Source: Catajapyx aquilonaris
Lineage: Eukaryota
Length of the DNA: 49,849 bases
Direction: 5' to 3'
Assembly (NCBI GenBank): GCA_000934665.2
Contig: KZ538745.1
Coordinates: 1 to 49,849 of the forward strand
This document shows, piece after piece, positions 36,460 through 47,338 of the stretch. The notes under the pieces were generated by a model. It was not told the origin of the DNA, did not search any database, and saw nothing but the letters and a program-made list of their open reading frames with translations. Position 1 is the stretch's first letter, and each line of letters opens with the position of its first letter. The translations under genes were made by a program, and so were the position numbers.

Positions 36460-36671
36460 TGGCCTCCCATCACAAAATTGTTAAATATCAACAGTGCATG
36501 CGTGCATTTCTGTAAGTGTTATATCTCACAGACACTGTGTATCTAACTTTTTTTTTTTGTGTATACAGTAAATATTTTGCTAACACTATTTGTATTTAGG
36601 CCTTTCTTATAGTGGTGCTCCGTTGGCACTGGGTGTTAAAATTGGCACTTTTGAAGTCTATGTAATGTTCT

Positions 36672-37113
36672 GGGTGTCCCATAAGTCAGCCCATATCCGC
36701 ATTGGTTTACAATGTGTACAGCCACTTTCAGGAGTAAGGTAGCAGACCTGAAGCTCGAAATAGCCTCCATGAGAGGCCAAGAGCAACTCTCTTGGAGGCT
36801 ATTTTGAGCTTCAAGTCTACTACCTTACCTCTGGAAGTGACTGTACGTAGCGAGATTGAAATCGATTGTAACAATGCAAATCGGCAGTCTCTTCTGCCTT
36901 GAAATTCATGTCCGTCCAACACCAAAGGACAAGAATTTTTGCGCATTGCTGTAAAACAGCCTACGAAAACATGACCAAACGCTGTACATGCTGGGATACT
37001 ATTTGTACTGATATCACTTATTTACATGGGTCTTATCTGACATGCCAACGCAACTTGGGAGGGTACATAGGATTCCCACCAATGTGAATCCGAGCTGACT
37101 TTAAGTGGAACAC
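36672..37113. mobile_element. Old MITE-like element with an internal hairpin
   Basis: Imperfect TIRs GTGTCCCATAAGTCAGCCCATATCCGCATTGGT / ACCAATGTGAATCCGAGCTGACTTTAAGTGGAACAC; hairpin AAGCTCGAAATAGCCTCCA...TGGAGGCTATTTTGAGCTT at ~36751-36811. Confidence 0.5.
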
Positions 37114-37732
37114 ATCTCGAGGTACTGTACAGTATTCTGTGTGAACACCAGTGTTCTTAGAAATGTTAGCTGCAATTTATGTAATGAGGGGTTAACCACA
37201 CACCTTGTCAATGTAATCACACCAGTGGGCCCTTAGATGCATAATCGTAAATAATAATTATAAAACAAGTGTGTCTTGAAAAGTGGTTAACCCCTTGGTT
37301 CGTAATTAGTGCCGTAGCTAAAAATGTTGCAAAAAAAGACGCTGAATTGTTCAAGAGCATCAAATAAATTTTATGTTAATAACTTGCCCTCATTTTATTG
37401 TAGATTATGCAAGTACTTGGACACTCTTGTGTAAGCGTAACGTGCAACAATAAGTGCTGCTCATCCACTGCATGTAACGTTGTACTTTCCACTTACAACT
37501 TGGATTTTGTCATATAATGAACAAGTGTCCCGACCCGACAAAAAACGCATTGAACGGATCGTACATGCCCCTTCTGTGTCGATGTACAGGGAGAACCAAA
37601 AAGTCTGTACACATACGTAATTATTTTGGACGGTTGGTCGACAACTGGAAACAATACAATTACCCTCGTGTCGAGACTTCCGGGTCACCATGTATATAAT
37701 AGGCAAAGTATGTTTGTCCAGGTGGAGGGTAC

Positions 37733-38040
37733 ACCTATTTTATACCCATTCATACACATTTTTATACCCATTTAATGCCCATTTACACACATTTTATACT
37801 TATTTAATGCCCATTCATACACATTTTATACCTATTTAATGCCCATTTACGCACATTTTATACCTATTTAATGCCCAGTCATACACACTTTATACCTATT
37901 TAATGCCCATTCATACACATTTTATACCTATTTAATGCCCATTCATACACATTTTGTACCTATTTAATGCCCATTCATACACATTTTATACCTATTTAAT
38001 ACCCATTTACACATTTCAATTTTAACGCATTTTCATACAC
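37733..38040. repeat. ~32-bp minisatellite, about 9 copies
   Basis: Unit ATACCTATTTAATGCCCATTCATACACATTTT. Confidence 0.9.
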
Positions 38041-38656
38041 CCATTACAACGGGATAACCGTGGAAACAGGATGTGCGAAGAACGGGATCTGCTGCTAGTA
38101 TAACTACTGTTCAATTGAAACACTAATTAAATCCGATAAAAACTAATTAATCGGTATAGAATAGGTCGTGGACATCCACTAAATTCCTTTTCAACGCCGC
38201 ATGTTGATCGCACCATTCCCCCCAACATGTGATGACCCTAATTATTACCATGCGTATTACACATGCCGCACTACCTATTTACTACCATTCTACCAGCTCA
38301 ATTACGCGTAACAAGTGCTCATTATTACCTGGGAAACAATTCCGGTTGTAACAACAAAGCAGACTGGAATTCTCTCAGAACGGAGTGAGGTTCACCCCCT
38401 ATTCGCGATTCGCTATTTCGGTGACAGAATACGCGCCAAATCACTCCACTTCCTTCGAACACAACATAATGAGGCCCTTTTTTTTATTAAATCCATAAAC
38501 TTGATGCCCCTCTAAACGTAATTAACAAAACCCCCTCTGGGGCGGGCATCCGTGTACATAGGGGGGCCCCCCTAGACCGACCATTGGTATGGAAGGAAAG
38601 GCAGATGGCTCTGAGCTAGGTACAAGTAGGCCGAGTGAAAGCCCTGCTGGGAACGG

Positions 38657-38729
38657 GCCCGGATAGCTCAGTCGGTAGAGCGTTAGGCTTTTAACCTAAC
38701 GGTCCGGGGTTCGAGTCCCCGTTCGGGCG
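38657..38729 (+). tRNA. tRNA-Lys (anticodon TTT)
   Basis: 73-nt cloverleaf GCCCGGA/TTCGGGC, anticodon arm TTAGG-CTTTTAA-CCTAA, T arm CGGGG-TTCGAGT-CCCCG; T-run Pol III terminator immediately downstream. Confidence 0.97.
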
Positions 38730-38954
38730 CTCTCTTTTTTTCCCCCTCTCTCTTTCTCCCTGTTTCTTTCATCTCTTTCGTACTGTACCGGAGTGACTCC
38801 AGACCCGTTTTCATGATCAGAATGTGGAAATCCATCCGTGGTGGAAAAATGTCTATTGCCGATATAATCCATGAAAATGCCCACGGTTAATTATTATTAT
38901 TTCTTCTTATTGCAATATTATTGGTTATTCTTCTTAAAGTATTATTATCTGTCA

Positions 38955-38976
38955 TTATATTATTATTATTATTATT

Positions 38977-39029
<53 letters not shown>

Positions 39030-39075
39030 TATACTAACTATTATGTTGTTGTTGTTGTTGTTATTATTATTATTT
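38955..39075. repeat. Compound trinucleotide microsatellite (TAT)n(CAT)n...(GTT)n(TAT)n
   Basis: Directly visible. Confidence 0.95.
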
Positions 39076-39926
39076 ATTGTTGCATAATCATTGTCAATTG
39101 TTACAGTGTTTCTTTTGTTCTTGTTGTGTGTGTTGCAATAATTCACACACTCACAATAGAGCACTTGAATGCCCAATAAATAGTAAAAATAAAGGCAAAA
39201 TACATCATATAGACGGGAAATAAATGCGCGTGTGGCACAATAACCAGCTGTTTTTTTTTTTTGTTTGATAGGGTTATTTGCAAAAACAATGGCGGTCTTG
39301 CAACACAAAGTAATCGAAGCAAGAGATATAATTATTATCAATGACCAGATAAAGTATAGTGGCATTGCAGACAGTACTGGTACCAGTATTTTCTTGCAGG
39401 TAAAGTAGGCCTCAGAGGGTGTATTTCAGTTTGTTAGGTTTTTAAGTTGCAATTAATTCCACCTTCATTACATTGATCACAGTGTTTTATAGCATTAATA
39501 ATTATGCAGTTTAGCTTAATTTGAATCAACTTGCGAGCCATATCCCTTGGCAGTTTAGTTGTTGAATTTCGTCCTGCAGAGTCTGAGGTCAATAGTATTT
39601 TTTATTTATTTACCGGATTCATTGGAGATATCTGTGTATACATTATTTCCATATGGTCCATCAGTCTATCTCCCTGAGCCAGCCTGCATGGATGGTCCAG
39701 CAAGATAGTAGCTCACATACGTATTAGATACAGAGTGTCGGTGGGCACTTCCCCTCCCCCCGTCTCTTTGCGAGGCATAGGAAATGGACTTAAATTGGTT
39801 GTTATGTGGTGCAGTTGTATAGTTGTGGAGCTGAGTGAGTGAGGGATGCGCGCCTATTAACTGGCTCTGGCTTGGACCTTGGATCTCCTCCACAGCATCA
39901 CAACTAGTGATCCTCTCTTTTGAAGG

Positions 39927-41640
39927 ATGCTCTCACGGATAGCAGCCCTCTTCCTAGCCCTCTGCTTCCTTCACATCGCATCCAGGGAAGGTAACTGCAC
40001 ATGTTGATCTCATTATGTCTTTTGTACCGTCTGTTTCATACGCCAAACTAATTAACACTAAAGAAATTTATATCGTAACATCTTACAACATGCGTAATTC
40101 ATACTATAACATCAAGTACTCCAAGAGCGATTTATGCCATGACATTTGACACCATTAGGAAATTGTTCCGTAACAAGTACCAGTACGCAGCATGTTACAC
40201 CATCAGCAATTTACAATAATGCCTATACGAGCAATATTTTGATGCATATAATTTTAACGTTGGAGTGTAAATCTTTTTTGCTCTGAATATTTTTCCTGCT
40301 GCCAAAGCAAGTCGTCTATGCCGCGCAAGAGAATAATTTTGCAGTTTATTACAGCGATTAAATTCTGCGTAGGCAGAAGTTATGCGTGAATTTTCGCAAC
40401 AATTTTGCCTTTTGCGCTGTTAGCAATATAGAGTTTACGAGATATTTACAGGCTCGTATATATACCAGACAGAAAATTTCGCAATTTTAAAAAAATGCAT
40501 TGTACGTATATGCTGTGGATTGCAATTAATATTATAGACAGAAAAATGCGGCAGCATCTTTCGGACAAACAAAATTGCAAAATATGCAAAATATTTATTT
40601 CACGCCGACCGGAAGTAATAAAATTGGATTGCACTTACCCGTAATAATAAGGAAGTGAAACAGACAGGCTTGCATTGCTCACAAAATCATTATGCTAAAA
40701 GCCCATTGCACCAAGCAAGGCTTTGTCGAGTACGTGCAGTACATTCAAAACATACCGGTACCGAGAGTTTATGTTTGAAACTTTTTGTTGAACAAAAGAA
40801 ATTAATAAAGCAGCAGGCTTGAGAATGTTCTGTAGGCTACACACAGAGATATCAGTTGGTGTCTTCAACCTCATTAATTATATATTTTTCTTTAATTATG
40901 CCAGACGACACTTACATCTTGAGACTGATGAAATCCCAATTAAAATTAAAACCGCACGGCAACATTTCAATATTGCAGTTTTAAATAGTTTATACCAAGC
41001 GTTTGATAAATTAAAATCAATTAAAAATTAATACCGTACGGTAACACCTACATTTTAATATTGTAATATATATATATTTTAAATGTTTTGTGCTCCCCGT
41101 TTGAAACCAAATTATCTGACTCGTCTGCATAAGTGGTATCCAAGAATATTTGTCTGGCTAAATAATCCGAAAACATGACCACAGACATGCCAAATATTTT
41201 TGCGTGCTGAATTTCAGCCCTGGGTCTGCGATGCTACGAATGCAACTCGGCGTTCAACCCAGAATGCGACGATCCAGCCGATGTGGCAAACATGCCGACC
41301 GCGGATTGTCCGGACACAAACCCTGACCGACAATACAACATGTGCCGAAAGCTCACTCAGAAAAGTAAGCACCATTATATACATTTTGTTTGAAAATAAT
41401 ATTGTAATATGTCAATTCGCAGTTGGCGAAACGAATCGGGTATGGAGAGGTTGCGGTTGGTACGGCGATGTTGAGACTCAAGTGTCTAAAGGTTGCGTCT
41501 TGAGAGCAGGTACCTTCGAGGTTCAGGTCCTGCATTGCACATGCGACACCGACCTTTGCAACGGAGCAACGAGGATTGGCGGTGCGACGTCGCTCATCGT
41601 CATGATATTCGTCGTACTGGTCGCAAAGGTTTTTCTTTAA
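39927..41640 (+). CDS. Ly6/uPAR three-finger protein, quiver/sleepless-like, likely GPI-anchored, ~142 aa
   Basis: Exons 39927-39990 (signal peptide MLSRIAALFLALCFLHIASRE), 41218-41364 (LRCYECNSAFNPECDDP...MCRKLTQK) and 41423-41640 (RVWRGCGW...HCTCDTDLCN plus hydrophobic tail); both introns phase 1. Confidence 0.88.
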
Positions 41641-42030
41641 GACGTAATCCGACGGTAGTGACCTTCTTTTAGAAGTGGTTGACCACTTGACACTTCCGAT
41701 GTCATCGAGAACTGGCTCCAATGCAATAATCAAGTGTTCAATGCCCCTACTTTTTATCAATGTGCTTTGCCGAGTTGACCAGAAGCGTACATAAAATTGT
41801 GATTTGATCAGCCTTTTATATGGACGAGTTTTTCGTCCTTCTACTAACCGTTAGCAGCACTGGATGCTACTAGTAGAGACTTATACAGTTAGTAGAGGAC
41901 GAAAAACCAACCCAATGCCTATCATTTATTGCGCCCTGCACCACACAGAAAATAATGAAAGCGTCTACAGTTGGTACAGTACTGAACAAATACCAATGTA
42001 TCGGATATCGCAGATTATTATAATATAGTA

Positions 42031-42237
42031 CAGGGTGGTCCAAGTTCAAGTGTCGTTTTATAACGGCGATTAATAGAAGCGCTTAACGATGGCGTAGCGG
42101 CGACGTGTAAAATTGCCCACTTCGATTGCGCCGAAGATGCGCCGAAATGGGACATTTTACGCGTCGCTACTACGTCATCGCAAAATCACTGGTATTAATC
42201 GCCGTTATAAAACGACACTTGAACTTGGACCACCCTG
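42031..42237. mobile_element. Tc1/mariner-type MITE
   Basis: Perfect ~45-bp TIRs CAGGGTGGTCCAAGTTCAAGTGTCGTTTTATAACGGCGATTAATA; TA TSD. Confidence 0.9.
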
Positions 42238-42494
42238 TATATTCAACACTTGATAATTTGTAGGAATATAATGTCTTTCAGTAGTGCATAACAATAGTAG
42301 TGCTGATGCTCGCTGTAATGTGAAACGCACTTCCAAATTTCTACTAAAGTAGCTAAGAAGTAATGTAAATTCAGAGATTCAGAGCTCACTTGTTAAAAGA
42401 AACAGCCAAAATGTGTCATAAAATTGATAATCAACTTAACAATTATTTTGCAGAAGAACTGCCCGTTCTTCAAGAGTGAATAGTCGCGTATATA

Positions 42495-43055
42495 CAGGGT
42501 GTTTACGACCTAACTTTACAAACTTCTAGGGGTGATAGAGGGGACCAAGACAAGCATTTTTGACATAGGAACCCGTGTCCGGAAACGCCATCTAGAGGGG
42601 GTTCATAGACAAGGAACGGGTGCGCTCAGACGCGTCACGCGAGAGGTGCTAGGTGAGCGGATTGTTTTGTTGATAGATGGCGCTCGGATAGTAACCTACG
42701 ATGCGATGTGCCATAACGTGGCAACAGCAGAGCCATCTAGCAACTAAAGTCTGCCTCCTAGGAGATGCGCGGATAGTCAACAGCGGTTCTGTTGTTGCCA
42801 GGTTATGGCGTATCGTGTTGTTGTTTACTTACAAAGACGCGATACTCCATAACCTGGCAACAACTGCGCGCCATCTATCAACAAAACAGTCCTCTCGACT
42901 TGCGCCTCTCGCGTGACGCGTCTGAGCGCACCCGTTCCACGTCTATGAACCCCTCTAGATGGCGTTTCCGGACACGGATTCCTATGTCAAAAATGTTTGT
43001 CTTGGTCCCCTCTGTCACCCCTGGGAGTTTGTAAAGTTAGGTCGTAAACACCCTG
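42495..43055. mobile_element. Tc1/mariner-type MITE with ~190-bp inverted arms
   Basis: TA-CAGGGTGTTTACGACCTAACTTTACAAAC ... GTTTGTAAAGTTAGGTCGTAAACACCCTG-TA. Confidence 0.9.
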
Positions 43056-43620
43056 TATACCCTGCAAGAGTGCTAATGAACAAAATAGCAACGGCGCAAA
43101 AACATTTTTGTGGTTACTCCCTTATTAGCATAATTAATTTAATTGTTATGGTACGTGGGAATGTGTCTCTCCAGGATGCGGTATGACTCATTACAAAAAA
43201 AAAACGCGACACTTACGCAGGCGTAGTATATGCCGAAAGTTTATAGCATCTCTTCGTGTAATCTTTGTAATCAAAGGAGACAGAAACTGGTGCGGCAAAA
43301 TAAGCCTTTTAATTAACCATGTTTTAAAATATATGTGCTTAAATTAAGAATAAATTGCTCGAAATATTGAGACGGGAGATAGAAATGGAAATTAATCCAA
43401 AATCATTGGAGAGAATGAGAAAAAAAAGTATTAAAGTATAGACAGCTATAATTATACTGAAATGATTAAATGCTGCAATAAACTTGATTCAGGTAATCTC
43501 TCCCACACTTTGTCAGTTGTTGTCTCTTCCTATCAGCATTCAATTTTTCCTGGTTTTATCTACTCCGGTATACAAAATGCTATTGTTGTTAGTGCGTTTT
43601 GAACAGCCAGAGATTAAACC

Positions 43621-46214
43621 ATGGTCCGCCTCTTCCTCTGCGTCTTTGTCTTCATCACAGGACTAGCCAAAGGTATATACATATGAAAATAATGTTTATT
43701 ACCTTTGTATGTTTGAAACCAGCTTCTGGCCTGCTCTAACTATATTTGCAGGCTGCGAGGTCACGACCTGGACGAGTGACCACACAGTGGATCGCATTGC
43801 CCACAGGTTTGTCTTGACAGTGCCAGAGACTGTCAAACTTGGCAAACTAGCAACATTCAACTGGGATGAAAACATAGAGGGTAACACGCAAAATGCAACT
43901 AGTCCAAAAAAAATATGCAAATTTCGCTAATTAGCACGCTTCACCTAGAAATCCAATTTGGGCAAAGTGACCACTTCCAGGCGTCATGGGACAAGCAAGG
44001 AGGAAACAACATGGACATCAATTTGGTGAAGGGAGTCTGTTGCTTAATAGACCGCGTATGTATCTCTTAATATGTCATTTAAAACATTTATACATCAATA
44101 ATAAAATAGGGGGTACGTAATAAAAATAACAAGTGAAAATAATGAACAATGAATCAGTGAAAATAATGAATAATGAATCAGTGAAAATAATGAACAATGA
44201 ATCAGTGAAAATAATAAATAGTGATTAAGTAGGAAAGTGAGGCATTGAAATAATAAAAATAACACATTAAATAACAGCTAATAACGAATAAATTAAAAAT
44301 ACAAACGAATTAATTAGTCTAACAAATTGAAAGTAGGCCTGTCTAACTCATTGCAATAAACCATTACAATTAATTAGCTAAATTCAATATCATAATAATA
44401 ATATTATAATAATAAAATCAATATTACGAAATATTAAAATTAATGCTACAGTTTTGACAGTATAACTACTAATTGTGAAAGGCCAAAATGAGGATTGTTC
44501 ACTCCATCGACCCCAGTTCAAAAGCGAAGCAACAATCGCAAAGTGAAATGTGTTCGCCGTGTCGTTTCAGGAAGGAAAGACCGGTTTTGCAGTGTCAGCG
44601 TGGGTGAAATGCAAGTCCGGAAATAAGCGGAACATTGTAATTTATATTTTGTCAGTCACAATATTAGGGTCTGGATGCGCGAGCACTGATTAAACTTGTC
44701 GGTTGCAGGTACTTAAAGTGAAGCTGCAAGACATGAACACGCAGAAACCGACATTCGTGCAGGAATATTTCACTATTAAAGTTCCCACACCGTTTCCTGC
44801 TGGAAAATCACTAGGTAGACTCAGCCTGTACGACATGGACTTCACAACATCGACCAATGGCAATGTGACAGTGCATGACACTGACGACTTCCGATTTAAG
44901 GTCACACACACTGGGAATAAAAATTACTCTCTGGAAATAATTCCCGAGAAGGAATTGGCGTACGACAAGGATGGGATGAAAGTTGTTGTGACAACTCACG
45001 TATGTGGTCACATACACGAGTTAAGATTACGGTTAGCTATTAAATTAACTATTAAATTCAGGACATGGGAACACCGCAACTTACAGGATCGACCACAGTA
45101 CACATTCGGTTGTACCCTATGGAGCTGTTCAAACCAACTTTTGACCAAGTTGTGTACCAAGCATACGCTCATGGCACGTCAAATGTCACTCCATTGGTTT
45201 TAAAACCAAAGGCGATCATGGCAACTTATCTGGATTCAACTTCTAGCATTACATATGGGCTCAATAATGCAGGTAACATTTAAACTATAAGCCTTATTTT
45301 TTAAAAAAAGACATACAATAATGGTTTTGGATATGATGGACAGATTATGCTGAACACTTTTATGTGAAGAAGAACTTAAAGACTGGAGAAGCTGAGCTGT
45401 ATCTTGTGAAAGAAATTGTGTCGCCAAGAGCTGCAAGTGTCATCATACTAATACGGGTAAGATCACCAGCACTAATAAGTATAATGCAAGTCGTACAAGA
45501 CGCTTGTGGAAAAATTTCAGTGCATAAGAATTCACATGCTTAATAACCCTGGTGATAAAATAGTGATGTCCGTGTTCAATTATTTGAAGAGCTTTTTTGA
45601 CTAATTACATGTCTTTGCACTGTGAGCACTTCCAGGATTAACTGATGCTGATATTAAGTGGGTTTAGGGCCGTACACTGATCCCAAAAGCAAACGCAGCT
45701 TTATCGTGTGTTTACACAACGATAGCAACAAGACCAATGTAACCCTGCTGACATATACAACTGCAATAAATTTTATTTCCAGGCCACTCACCCCAGCTCA
45801 CAGGATACATCTGAAGTTCCGGTGGTCATCCGGTTTCCGAAATTGCAGCAATGTCCGACATGTCCGCCTTGCCCCACAGAGATGCCAACTTGCCCCACTC
45901 CTGCACCTTGCCCCACTCCCGGAGAACCTACCTGCCCAAGCTGTCCACCTCCAACCTGTCCCACACCCATGCAGCCTACCTGTCCCACCTGTCCGACATC
46001 CGAACCTTGCACGATGCCTACGATACCATCCTGTCCGACCCCCGAATGTCCATCGTGTCCACCCGTTTCGTGTCCCACTACCCCATTTTGGCCCACATGC
46101 ACCCCGTGTCCAGAACCATCCACGTCTGCTCCACCATGTCCACCTTCCCAACAATGCTCTAACACTACTACCACCACTACTACCACCACCACTACTTCTA
46201 CGCCCTGTCCCTAA
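43621..46214 (+). CDS. Secreted cadherin-repeat-like protein A with Cys/Pro/Thr-rich tail, 8 exons, ~466 aa
   Basis: Exons 43621-43672 (signal peptide MVRLFLCVFVFITGLAK), 43752-43880, 43949-44055, 44571-44636, 44709-44999, 45062-45272, 45344-45456, 45783-46214 join in frame (1401 nt). Cadherin-like motifs LQDMNTQKPTF, LYDMD....NGNV, DMGTPQLTGSTTVHI. Confidence 0.75.
44131..44220. repeat. 24-bp intronic minisatellite, about 4 copies
   Basis: AGTGAAAATAATGAACAATGAATC repeated. Confidence 0.85.
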
Positions 46215-47338
46215 CACCTAATTGAAATATTAAAAATTCTGAATGGAATTAAACTTACAAGTGAAACTCAATTAAAATTAATAATTACAATTTCAAATTA
46301 AATTGGTTCAAATAATTGAATCAAAATTAAAAATTGAATTAAATAATTGAATCAAAATAAAAAATTTATTTGAATAATTGAATCAAAATGAAACATTTAA
46401 TTGATTTACATTTAAATTAAAAATTAAATTTCAATGAAAAATTTAGAATTTCAAAATAAATTGAATAAAAACCTGTAAAAGAAAACAAAGTAATCAAAAA
46501 TAAAATAAAATAAAATTTAGTAGAAAGTAAATGAAATTAAAATAAATTATAATAAAATTAGAAAAGAAAAATTAAAATGAAGTGTTATTTAAAATATTCC
46601 TTTAAACAGTAATCAGCTCATCAGCATGGCAAACCAACCATTGCAATTCCATGTACAGTATACTGTACGTACAGTACATTCTTCTATTATTGTAAAGATT
46701 CCAAGAGGCATGTGAATATATTGCAGTAAAGTACCCCCCAAATAATTTGTGACACCAATCCCCCACTTTTACACATTTTTACATTGTTCCGAGCAAATTC
46801 TTTCATACGCATGGCTTGTTACTCGCGGAGCGTAATGCACAATCGCATTTTTTAAATATGAAAATCCACACCTGCGCCATTGTAATTTTAGCGGGCTTAC
46901 ACAAATGACATTACGTTATTACACGGTGCTTATAAGTACGAAGTTCAAGTCGGGGTTGGGGAGATTATATCCGGAAACCAATATTACAAGTAGTGATGGA
47001 AAGGACGTATAACAATATTGCGATAAATTGGTTGTAATGTGGGCAGCTGGTCCCATATGTTATATACCGGGTGGCTCACTGCTCACCGGCGTCATTTTGC
47101 GAATTGTTTGCTCCAGCAACTAGTTGCAAGAGATTACCACTGTTGCTTTCAACGACTAAAAAAAAGTTATATACTTCACTCTATACTGTTTGTTGTAGTA
47201 AGCAACTATAGATTCTTCCTATGCAAAGTCATGGAGGTGATGAGTGGATCACCCTGTGGATGTTATATCTGAATGCACAGTGTTATAAAAATGCGCGAAC
47301 TTTTGCATCGCCTATCCATACCTTGCCAAGACTTAGAG

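Noticed and set aside
38595..38656. Possible hammerhead ribozyme upstream of the tRNA (GAAA with short stems)
   Set aside because: No CTGANGA core and no convincing three-stem arrangement.
38871..39365. Poly-His/poly-Tyr and poly-Met ORFs
   Set aside because: Translation artefacts of the (TAT)n(CAT)n microsatellite.
40638..40675. Minus-strand mini-exon MQACLFHFLIIT followed by GTAAGT
   Set aside because: No downstream exon found; it lies inside the Ly6 gene intron and is probably chance.
42532..43186. Several 70-80 aa ORFs as a possible transposase
   Set aside because: They are mirror translations of MITE arms with no DDE motifs.
45658..46221. Overlapping Gly-rich antisense and alternative-frame ORFs
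   Set aside because: Shadows of the low-complexity Cys-Pro exon; only the CP frame fits the splice phase and the paralogue.
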